DNA of 64,000 nucleotides from Candidatus Cloacimonadales bacterium (lineage in GTDB: Bacteria > Cloacimonadota > Cloacimonadia > Cloacimonadales > JAFGVF01): positions 2,016,001 to 2,080,000 of the forward strand of contig OY762964.1 in the NCBI GenBank assembly GCA_963667035.1. The letters are read 5' to 3'. Both the position numbers and the translations under genes were made by a program. Shown here piece by piece: positions 19,991 to 28,567 of this stretch. How positions within the stretch are numbered: the stretch's first letter is position 1; every line of letters starts with the position of its first letter. The notes under the pieces are model-generated. The model was not told where the DNA came from and searched no databases. It saw only the letters and a program-made list of their open reading frames with translations.

Positions 19991-20089
19991 ACACGGGAAT
20001 CACTCGGGAATCTCTCGGGAATCTCTCGGGACTTTACCTGAGAAATTCCCGAGTAAATCACATCAGATTCACGCCAAAATCCCGAGTGT
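19991..20089. repeat. 11-bp-periodic element with inverted arms
   Basis: Units acacgggaatc/actcgggaatc/tctcgggaatc/tctcgggactt then tacctgagaaa/ttcccgagtaa/.../atcccgagtgt, all in 11-bp register. Confidence 0.8.
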
Positions 20090-20166
20090 TAAATTAGAGC
20101 ACAGAAAATGACTAGAGACATGTCTTTGTTTATCATCAAAAAAAAGGAGCATGCCAAAGCATGCTC

Positions 20167-21831
20167 TTCAGATTGTTGACAAAAACTTCTAATTTACATG
20201 GATATATTGTTGAAAGTCATTTTTCTTCATTTTAACTGAGTCCAAATCCAAACATGCGAGATTTAGCTCTATTTTCGTGTAAATTGGAGTTGAAAATCAT
20301 GTAATTGATGATAAATTTTGCTATTAATTTCCCTAATTTACCTTTGAAAAGGTATTTTACGAGTTTCTTGATATTTTGCACAATAGCTGTTAGATAAGCT
20401 TGTTCTCGAACTCGCTCTATTCCTCGATATTTTGCATATCGGTAGCCATGAAGTTGCTTTGCATTGGCAAAGCTTCTCTCAATGGTTTCTTTTCTCCTCT
20501 TGTATATCTCTTTCCCACATAATGTTAACCTATTCTTGTGGATTATCTCTTTGCTCTCTTCCCAGACATGACGAGTGATTACCTTTTGAGAAGACTTACT
20601 TTCTGTACATTTACTTAGCATTGGACAATTCTTGCATTCACTAGGATTCGACTTGTATTCTTTATAGCCATCACGGCTCGTTGTTCTATAATTTAACTCT
20701 TTATTACATGGACAAATGTAAACATCCTTCCGGGAATTATATGTAAATTTGTTCTTTTTAAATAGACCTTTCTTACCTCCCTGTCTTTTGTAGCCAAGGA
20801 CTCCCATAATATTCATATCTACCAGTTGCTTACAAATGTTAATTGTATCATATCCTGAATCAAGCCCTACTGCCTGAACATTAAAACCATAAACCTTTTG
20901 TTGGAACTGTAACCTGTCAATATAGCAGGTGCTATCATTTACATTGCCGGGAGTAATGTGAACATCAGTTATATAGTTCGTTTTATGGTCGACTGTCCTA
21001 TGATCTAAGTAGAAGAAGCCTTGAGGCTTTCTATCACGGGTCATAAAGCCACTATCGGGATCTGTTGTGCTAGACTTGATATTTTTTACTTTAGGTGATG
21101 CTCCTCCTTTAAGATTGTTATCCTTAGGAGGTAAAGGTTTCTTACCATGAGCCTTCCGATCTTCATCAACGCTTGTGTTAAGATCTTCCAAGTAACTCTT
21201 GGAGGATACCTCAACTTCAATATCCTCGAATTTACCTTTATTAGCATTTGCCTTTAGATGGGTTGAGTCGCTATAAAGTATCTTTCCATCAACTAATCCA
21301 TGTTTAATGCCTAACTTCACTATATCTATAAAAATCTCTTCGAATACGCTGCTATCATTAAATCGCCTTCTACGATTTTGACTGAAGACTGAGTGATGAG
21401 GTACTTTATCAGTTAGTCCAAAGCCTAAGAACCAACGATAAGCCACATTGACCTCTATCTCTTTGACCAATTGTCTTTCCGAGCGAATACCGAATAGATA
21501 GCCAATAAAAAGCATTTTGAAAAGAGTAATAGGATGAATTGGAGGACGACCGGTAGTAGAACAATACAAATGCGCTGTTCTATCTAAAATGAATGAAAAA
21601 TCTATTACGCTATCGATTTTCCTTAGTATGTGATCTACCGGTACTAAATCATCTATTATTACAAACTCCATTGGGGACTGTGTGTCAGAAACTTTTTTAA
21701 GCATAACAACCTCTAATTATGATGGTTTAAGTATAAACTAAGGGGGTTTTTGTCAATGATTGATGTTCTTATTTAAGCTAAAAAAAGACAAAGCTATGAA
21801 ATCTTACTCATAGCTTTGTCAACAGTCTGAA
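20167..21831 (-). mobile_element. IS1182-family insertion sequence
   Basis: IRs TTCAGATTGTTGACAAA and TTTGTCAACAGTCTGAA; flanking 20-bp direct repeat GAGCATGCCAAAGCATGCTC (20147-20166 and 21832-21851). Confidence 0.9.
20232..21704 (-). CDS. IS1182-family DDE transposase
   Basis: DUF772-like N-terminus (GRPPIHP...SERQL...AYRWFLG), DSTHLKANA, DSGY, Cys cluster, RKETIERSFANAK. Confidence 0.92.
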   Translation of the reverse strand: MLKKVSDTQSPMEFVIIDDLVPVDHILRKIDSVIDFSFILDRTAHLYCSTTGRPPIHPITLFKMLFIGYLFGIRSERQLVKEIEVNVAYRWFLGFGLTDKVPHHSVFSQNRRRRFNDSSVFEEIFIDIVKLGIKHGLVDGKILYSDSTHLKANANKGKFEDIEVEVSSKSYLEDLNTSVDEDRKAHGKKPLPPKDNNLKGGASPKVKNIKSSTTDPDSGFMTRDRKPQGFFYLDHRTVDHKTNYITDVHITPGNVNDSTCYIDRLQFQQKVYGFNVQAVGLDSGYDTINICKQLVDMNIMGVLGYKRQGGKKGLFKKNKFTYNSRKDVYICPCNKELNYRTTSRDGYKEYKSNPSECKNCPMLSKCTESKSSQKVITRHVWEESKEIIHKNRLTLCGKEIYKRRKETIERSFANAKQLHGYRYAKYRGIERVREQAYLTAIVQNIKKLVKYLFKGKLGKLIAKFIINYMIFNSNLHENRAKSRMFGFGLS

Positions 21832-21875
21832 GAGCATGCCAAAGCATGCTCTTTGCTATTACGTGAATTGAGGAA

Positions 21876-23168
21876 TTATTTACCCGAGACGGTGACATCT
21901 CCGATAGTTATCCAAGGAGTTTCGCTAGCTCCCGTGTTCTTTGTTTCTTTACTAATATGTTTTACATTATTAAGCATTTCGAGGATATTACCGTTAATCA
22001 TAACTTCGCTGACAGGATATTGGATTTTACCGTCTTTGATGTAATAGCTGTTCTTTGCAACACCGGCAAGATCACCAAAAGCATTGGGATTTCCACCTGA
22101 GAAACGAACTAGTAGTAGTCCTTCTTTTACATCTTTAATCATAGCATCATAACTGATATCCCCCGGTGCCACTTTCAGGAAACTACCGTCAGTGGTTGCT
22201 ATATCATAGCCTGTCTTTCTGGAACCGTAAATACCAAGTAAGTAAGTTTGAAGCACACCTTTATCAATTATAGTGGTTACTTTAGGAACAAGACCTTCAT
22301 GAATACAGTTAGTTCCAAGTGCAAGGTTATCATTATCGGGATCTGAGATAATTGTGAGTTTATCACTGACAATCTTCTGACCCAGTTTATCCGAAAGTAA
22401 GCTTGTCTTATTCATTAATGGAACCGCTGTCAGATTACTTTGTAAGAGTACATTGATAAGAAACTCTACATTTTGAGGTAACAGTACAAGGTCACCTTTG
22501 AACTTGCCTTCTATTTTCTTAGTTGTCATTTGACCTACTATCTGATCGAAATAAGTTCTCAAAAGACCGCATTCAATAAGAGGTTTACTCAAATCTTTTA
22601 AGGCAGCTCCGTCATAATTCATAGAGCTGACAGATGCTTTGTCTTTTGCCGAGAAGATTGCCGAGAATTCATAATTACCCATCTCTTTCTCAAACTCAAT
22701 ACCGTTGGAATTGATGCGAATTGAATGCACATAGTTATGAACAAGATAAGCATCGGCAAGTATGCTTGGATAGTTTGTCTGATAATCATTCTTAAACTCT
22801 TCGAGACGCTTGTACATAAGGTCTGTATTCGGTTTCAACTGTCCTTTAACATAAGAACTCGCCGGAGATTTTGGTGCAATATCAAATCCTTCGTCCTGTG
22901 TAGAGTTGTTAGCCATTTCTACTACTCTAAGAGCCGCTTTATCAATTTCTTCTTCCGTAAGGTCATTGATTGTGATGCTCGCTGTACGATAATCATTTAT
23001 AACACCTAGATACAATCCGAAGTTAGGAATTGTTCTGAAAAGATTTATCTCACCATGCTCAAGCTGAAGTTCTGTTTTGAGTTTCTCGTAACTGACAACA
23101 GTAACCTTTTCTGCACCTGACTCTAAAAGTTTATCAAGAGTGTATTTTGCTATTTGTTTGATATCCAT
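21876..23168 (-). CDS. pmbA: TldE/PmbA family protein
   Basis: PmbA-like C-terminus (IDKGVLQTYL, IKDGKIQYPVSEVMINGN); lacks HExxxH; downstream of tldD. Confidence 0.85.
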   Translation of the reverse strand: MDIKQIAKYTLDKLLESGAEKVTVVSYEKLKTELQLEHGEINLFRTIPNFGLYLGVINDYRTASITINDLTEEEIDKAALRVVEMANNSTQDEGFDIAPKSPASSYVKGQLKPNTDLMYKRLEEFKNDYQTNYPSILADAYLVHNYVHSIRINSNGIEFEKEMGNYEFSAIFSAKDKASVSSMNYDGAALKDLSKPLIECGLLRTYFDQIVGQMTTKKIEGKFKGDLVLLPQNVEFLINVLLQSNLTAVPLMNKTSLLSDKLGQKIVSDKLTIISDPDNDNLALGTNCIHEGLVPKVTTIIDKGVLQTYLLGIYGSRKTGYDIATTDGSFLKVAPGDISYDAMIKDVKEGLLLVRFSGGNPNAFGDLAGVAKNSYYIKDGKIQYPVSEVMINGNILEMLNNVKHISKETKNTGASETPWITIGDVTVSGK

Positions 23169-23169
23169 T

Positions 23170-24549
23170 TTATTTACCTCCTACCATAACTTTACAACGA
23201 ATGGCCGGACCACCCATTCCAACCGGCATTGGTTGTTTCTTACCACACATGCCGGAAGATATCCAAGTTAAATCGTCAGAGAGGTCAGTGATTGTTTGCA
23301 AGAGCTCGAACGCTACACCTGCGATTGTAGTATCTTTTATAGCTTTACCAAGCTTACCGTTGTTGATTTCATAACCAAGAGTTACACCGAACATGAACTC
23401 GGAAGTGGAATCGGCTTGTCCGTTAGAAGGACTTACCAAATAATAACCCTTTTCCACATCTTTAATCATATCTTCAAGTTTGGATGTACCGGGAACAATC
23501 ATAGTGTTTCTCATACGCACGAGTGGTTCGTCACTGAAATCATAAGCACGAGCATTACCGGTAGGCTCTACACCAAACTTATGGGCAGTCTCACGTGTGT
23601 GCATATATCCTTTGAGAATACCCTTCTCAATAAGTACGGCATCTTTTGCCTCAGTACCTTCATCATCAACAAACACAGGTTGAGGTAACAAATTGCCTTC
23701 ATAGGTATGAGCAACATCAATCATAGTTACAAGCTCCGATGCTACCTTCTTGTTGAGCATGTCTCCTGCTACTGAACCGTTAAGCACTATATCGGCCTCA
23801 GTGGTATGACCGACAGCTTCGTGAGAAAGTATTCCTGCAAGCTTAGCGTCCATAACCACATCGTGAACACCGGCATCAGCCCAGATTGCTTCTTTCTTGT
23901 TACGAAGATGCACGTATAACTCGTCTATCTTAGAATATACTTCTTCAGGAGCGGTAAAGAGATCCTGCATCTGACCATAACCGCCTACAGCATCGTGTAA
24001 TGTTACAGGCTCGTTACCATTCATAATGGTCAAAACAAAGATTATAAAAGCACGAGGTATCTCATAATGAGACATCGCTCCGTCTGAAGTTATGAGATTC
24101 TTCTCCATAGCTGAAGCTTGAAGTACAACGTTCCTAGCCTGAAGTTCAGGATATTTCTTTGCAATGTAAGCATCAATCTCCTTACAAAACTCAATCTGCT
24201 CTTTTATTGACATCGGATTACGCTTTGGAACATAAAGATTGTCCTTGATTCCGGTAATGGAAGGAAGAGCAAAATCCGGTTTACTTGATTTACTTGCAAG
24301 ATACTCAGCTTGTTCCGTAGCTTTCTTTATCATCTTTGCAATGTTGCTGTCATTTAAATCTGTGTTAGCCGATAATCCCCAGACTCCATTCTTGAACACT
24401 CTGGCATTTCCGCCGATTGTGCTGTTCTGAGAATTGCTTAATAATGTTCCGTTGTTGAAATAAAGCATTGTGCTTCTCAATTCCTGTTGCCTCAATTCTG
24501 TATAGTATTTGAAGCTTTCACGAAACCGTTTCAAATCAATTTTACGCAT
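23170..24549 (-). CDS. tldD: TldD metalloprotease
   Basis: HEAVGHTTEAD, DDEG, TGNARA, RMRNT and CGKKQPMPVGMGGP motifs. Confidence 0.93.
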   Translation of the reverse strand: MRKIDLKRFRESFKYYTELRQQELRSTMLYFNNGTLLSNSQNSTIGGNARVFKNGVWGLSANTDLNDSNIAKMIKKATEQAEYLASKSSKPDFALPSITGIKDNLYVPKRNPMSIKEQIEFCKEIDAYIAKKYPELQARNVVLQASAMEKNLITSDGAMSHYEIPRAFIIFVLTIMNGNEPVTLHDAVGGYGQMQDLFTAPEEVYSKIDELYVHLRNKKEAIWADAGVHDVVMDAKLAGILSHEAVGHTTEADIVLNGSVAGDMLNKKVASELVTMIDVAHTYEGNLLPQPVFVDDEGTEAKDAVLIEKGILKGYMHTRETAHKFGVEPTGNARAYDFSDEPLVRMRNTMIVPGTSKLEDMIKDVEKGYYLVSPSNGQADSTSEFMFGVTLGYEINNGKLGKAIKDTTIAGVAFELLQTITDLSDDLTWISSGMCGKKQPMPVGMGGPAIRCKVMVGGK

Positions 24550-24669
24550 ATCTACTCCTTTTTAAGGGTTGTTAATAATTATCCTATTCTATAACTTACA
24601 ATGTCGATAAAACCGAACGGTTATTATTTGTCAACTCATTTTGCTAAAAAGTATACTATTGGTTACATA

Positions 24670-25069
24670 TTATATAATACGAAGAGAATGTAATGTGGCC
24701 AACCCAATGATTGAGAAGGAGTTAAATGGTTTAGTCCAAGAAATAGGAAGGTCCGCTGCGATTAATAGATCTCCTTTTGCTTCGAGATTACCATTATCTT
24801 TGAATTTATATCTTGAAGTCTTAAGTTACAAATCTTGTACCAACATTAGCCCATAAGCAGTCATTGAGCTTTGTTTGTAGCTCCAAACCTATAAGAAACT
24901 GTATTGGAACAGGAGTAATTTCTTCAATATTATATTGTCTGTAGTCAGAGTAATCAGTTACAATTTTCAAAATCCCACTACCACATTTTGCACCTAGCCT
25001 AAACGGTGGTCGCTTTGCATAAATAGAAGTACAAAATAAGATTAGAACTACCACAATAAGATATCGCAT
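24670..25069 (-). pseudogene. frameshifted/truncated outer-membrane beta-barrel-like gene
   Basis: Signal peptide plus FRLGAKCG and GLELQTKL..LWANVGTRFVT*. An alternative frame continues KTSRYKFKDNGNL...DLPISW to TAA at 24670. Confidence 0.4.
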
Positions 25070-25216
25070 AGAATCTCCAAGATTATTGTGATACCAAATT
25101 CAATACCTTAACTTTGTCAAAGAATAATCTCAATAGTTCTAGATAAGAAACTAAAAAACATTGACAGTATTGCAGTGTTGGCTAATTTGCCAACAAACAT
25201 ATAAGAAGAGGCAAAC

Positions 25217-25528
25217 ATGAATTACGAGCAAGCTCAGATTAGAGCTGATATTATCAAGGCTTTAGCACATCCGGTAAGGCTTATGATAGTACAGGAATTG
25301 AAAGATAAGGATATGAATTTTGCTGATATTAATCAGGTATTTGAATACGATAAATCGACTATATCCAAGCATCTGACAGTATTAAAGAATGCAGGGATCG
25401 TGTCGTCAAAGAAGATTGGAGCGGATGTAATATATCACATTGAGATGTGTTGTGTGAATAAGTTTATTGATTGTATTGATTCGGTGTTGAAACAGAACAT
25501 AGAGAAACAACAAAGTTGCCTTATGTAA
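25217..25528 (+). CDS. ArsR/SmtB family regulator
   Basis: KALAHPVRL and STISKHLTVLKNAGIV; C-terminal Cys residues. Confidence 0.92.
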   Translation: MNYEQAQIRADIIKALAHPVRLMIVQELKDKDMNFADINQVFEYDKSTISKHLTVLKNAGIVSSKKIGADVIYHIEMCCVNKFIDCIDSVLKQNIEKQQSCLM

Positions 25529-25546
25529 ATGTAAAATGAGGGGAAT

Positions 25547-25933
25547 ATGAGAAAATCAATATTAATACTATTATTGGGCATCCTTACACTAGGATTGTTT
25601 GCAACCGAAGCTGTTCAAGACAGTTTAAAGACAGAAGAAACCAGACCGCAAATAACATTCTTGGAGTTTGGTTCTACAACCTGTATACCTTGTAAGCAAA
25701 TGGTGCCGATAATGAAGGCTATTGAGGAAGAATACTCCGATAAGGTGTTAGTTAAATTCATTGATGTTAGAAAAGAGATTAACAAACAGCTTTCCAGAGA
25801 ATACAAGATTAGGGCAATTCCGACTCAGGTTTTTCTGGATGCCTCAGGTAAAGAAGTAAGCAGGCATCAAGGATTCTTCCCTAAGGAGGAAATCGTGAAA
25901 GTACTTGAGGAGTTAGGCGTAACAAATGACTAA
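25547..25933 (+). CDS. exported thioredoxin-family protein
   Basis: Signal peptide, CIPC motif and IPT cis-Pro. Confidence 0.9.
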   Translation: MRKSILILLLGILTLGLFATEAVQDSLKTEETRPQITFLEFGSTTCIPCKQMVPIMKAIEEEYSDKVLVKFIDVRKEINKQLSREYKIRAIPTQVFLDASGKEVSRHQGFFPKEEIVKVLEELGVTND

Positions 25934-26609
25934 CATATTCGTATTCCTAAGTAATTGTGTAGAAGGCAGTATTATGATTGCACTGATAGGTTCCCTAATG
26001 TGGGGAATTGCCAGCATAGTATTCAGCCCGTGTCATCTTTCTGCCATCCCATTGATTATAGGATATGTTAGCAATAAGAACCAATTGAGTCCAACAAAGG
26101 TATCAATTTTATTCTCTCTTGGAATGCTTGTAACCGTTGCAGTTATAGGAGTAATAACCGGAATTACAGGTAATATACTAGGAGACACGGGACAGTTTGG
26201 TAAAGTGTTCATGTTAGTATTCTTCATTGTCTTTGGAATCCTCTTACTGGATATAATCCCTGTTCCTGACATCAAGCTCTTCAATGTTACCGGTAACAAA
26301 AAATATTCGGGAAATGCTTTTATATTAGGGTTATTAATGGGAATAGGGTTGGGACCTTGCACATTTGCTTTCATGGCTCCCATGTTAGGAGTAGTCTTCC
26401 AGACAAGCAACAATGATATGCTTAAAGGAATACTCATGCTACTGATGTTTGCAATTGGTCACACTGCCGTACTAGCCTTCGCAGGCATATCATATAAATT
26501 GGTAAGTAAGTACCTGAATTGGTGCTCACGAACAGGTAGTCTAGCAGTAATTAGAAGGGTATGTGGTCTTTTAGTGATAGCTTTTGGAATCTATAATTAT
26601 ATAAAATAA
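25926..26609 (+). CDS. ccdA: CcdA/DsbD-type transmembrane disulfide reductase
   Basis: SPCHL and GPCT motifs; about 6 TM segments. Confidence 0.88.
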   Translation: MTNIFVFLSNCVEGSIMIALIGSLMWGIASIVFSPCHLSAIPLIIGYVSNKNQLSPTKVSILFSLGMLVTVAVIGVITGITGNILGDTGQFGKVFMLVFFIVFGILLLDIIPVPDIKLFNVTGNKKYSGNAFILGLLMGIGLGPCTFAFMAPMLGVVFQTSNNDMLKGILMLLMFAIGHTAVLAFAGISYKLVSKYLNWCSRTGSLAVIRRVCGLLVIAFGIYNYIK

Positions 26610-26626
26610 CTAATAGGAGTTGTATT

Positions 26627-26866
26627 ATGAAAATCAGAGTATATGGACCGGGATGCACAAATTGCAAGAAGACTTATGATGCTGCTCAGGAAGCTGTGAA
26701 AGCACTTAATATTGATGCGAAAATAGAAAAGATTGAAGACATTCAAAAGATGATGGAAGCAGGTGTAATGGGTACTCCTGCTCTTGAAATTGACGGAAAA
26801 ATTGTCTCTTCGGGAAAAAGACTTTCAGTTGAGAGAATTAAGAAACTTATACAAGAGGTTAAATAG
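26627..26866 (+). CDS. small redox-active disulfide protein (MTH895-like)
   Basis: GPGCTNC and GVMGTPALEIDG motifs. Confidence 0.9.
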   Translation: MKIRVYGPGCTNCKKTYDAAQEAVKALNIDAKIEKIEDIQKMMEAGVMGTPALEIDGKIVSSGKRLSVERIKKLIQEVK

Positions 26867-27834
26867 TGTTTCATTGGTTGGAAGTACTAATTGAGAAGCT
26901 GGTAGTGAACGTCTTCGGTATCAGCATGGAGACAGCTCTAGGCTCAAGCGTTCACTTCTTCTTCTACGATATTATCAAGATATTGATATTGCTATCGACG
27001 ATGATATTTTTAATAAGCTTTATTAGAAGCTTTTTCTCCCCTCAGAAGACAAAGAAGGCTTTAGAGAAGTTCAGAGGACCACAAGCAAATGTTATGGCAT
27101 CCTTGTTCGGCATAGTAACTCCATTCTGCAGTTGTTCTTCCGTACCACTATTCATTGGTTTTGTGGAAGCAGGGATACCTATCGGAGTAACATTCTCGTT
27201 TCTAATAACTTCACCTATCGTTAATGAAGCTGCCTTTGCAGTATTACTTGCAGCCTTTGGTTGGAAAATAGCACTAATATATGTCGTATTCGGTGTTCTT
27301 GCCGGTGTGATAGGTGGAATTATAATTGGTAAATTAAAGTTGGAATCCGAAGTTGAGGATTACGTCTATCAGATGAAGGTAGGAGACTCAGAGGATGAAC
27401 ATTATGATTTTAAGGGAAGATTAACCTTTGCCCTTGAACAGGTTAAGTTTATAGTTGGTAAGGTGTGGCTCTTCATCATTATCGGTATTGGTATCGGTGC
27501 TGTAATCCACGGTTGGGCTCCGGGAGAAATGCTTGCAAAGTATGCCGGAGATAATAACCCGTTTGCAGTGATTGTTGCTGTACTACTAGGTATTCCACTT
27601 TATTCCAATGCTCTTGGAACTATTCCTATTGCCGAAGCTTTGATTGGTAAAGGAGTAGGACTCGGTACAGCTTTAGCTTTTATGATGGCAGTTACTGCAT
27701 TATCGGTACCGGAGATGGTCATCCTAAGAAAAGTTATTAAGCCTAAACTCATAAGAGCATTTGTCATTATCACAGGTATTGCAATCATTATATGCGGTTA
27801 TCTGTTTAATCTGATATATCCTTTTATCAAGTGA
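26866..27834 (+). CDS. ArsP/DUF318-family permease
   Basis: TPFCSCSSVP, SFLITSP, GIPLYSN and ALSVPE motifs; GTG start. Confidence 0.9.
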   Translation: MFHWLEVLIEKLVVNVFGISMETALGSSVHFFFYDIIKILILLSTMIFLISFIRSFFSPQKTKKALEKFRGPQANVMASLFGIVTPFCSCSSVPLFIGFVEAGIPIGVTFSFLITSPIVNEAAFAVLLAAFGWKIALIYVVFGVLAGVIGGIIIGKLKLESEVEDYVYQMKVGDSEDEHYDFKGRLTFALEQVKFIVGKVWLFIIIGIGIGAVIHGWAPGEMLAKYAGDNNPFAVIVAVLLGIPLYSNALGTIPIAEALIGKGVGLGTALAFMMAVTALSVPEMVILRKVIKPKLIRAFVIITGIAIIICGYLFNLIYPFIK

Positions 27835-27841
27835 GGTATTG

Positions 27842-28243
27842 ATGAAGAGAATACTTTTTATATGCACTCACAACTCTGCTCGTTCCCAAATTGCTCAAGG
27901 ACTTGTTAATCACTACTTTTCCGATAACTGGAATGCAGAGAGTTGCGGTACCGAAAAGACAAGCGTTAAGCCATTAGCTGTTAAAGCTATGGCGAAAGCA
28001 GGAATTGATATATCACATCACTATTCAAAAACAATCCAAGAACTGGACATAAACACATTCGATGTGATTGTTACTGTATGTGACAATGCCAAAGAGAGTT
28101 GTCCTGTAGTGTATGGTAAGCAAGTTGTTCACCATTCGTTCGTTGATCCTTCTAATGCTGAAGGCTCCGAAGAAGATAAGCTACGAACTTTCTGCGATAC
28201 ACGTGATGAGATTCATGAATGGCTTACAGAATTTTTAAAATAG
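27842..28243 (+). CDS. arsC: arsenate reductase, thioredoxin-dependent (LMW-PTP fold)
   Basis: CTHNSARSQ P-loop, resolving Cys pair VCDNAKESCP, and DP motif. Confidence 0.9.
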   Translation: MKRILFICTHNSARSQIAQGLVNHYFSDNWNAESCGTEKTSVKPLAVKAMAKAGIDISHHYSKTIQELDINTFDVIVTVCDNAKESCPVVYGKQVVHHSFVDPSNAEGSEEDKLRTFCDTRDEIHEWLTEFLK

Positions 28244-28279
28244 ATGTTTTCATTGGAACATGGGACTCGTATCCTTACC

Positions 28280-28309
28280 GTAGGGGCACAATAACTTGTG
28301 CCCTTTTTT
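28280..28309 (+). terminator. GTAG-footed REP-like hairpin acting as operon terminator
   Basis: GTAG-GGGCACAAtaacTTGTGCCC-TTTTTT. Confidence 0.65.
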
Positions 28310-28567
28310 ATTGGAGCATAATGAGTTGTTTTCTTCATATACGAGCACAAAATGATGTACCCTTACAATCGATTGAACGGTATTCCGAAAAGTGTGTAAA
28401 TTGATTTAAACCCTTAATTAACATCCAAAGAATTATGGACAACTTTAGTGAGTAAATAGTATAATTATAACTACTAAATAAGCACAGTAATAGTGCATAT
28501 TCATTAATCCAACATTTCTCTTGACATTTAGATAAAAGAAAAGACTTCATTATGCTGGGAGGAATTA

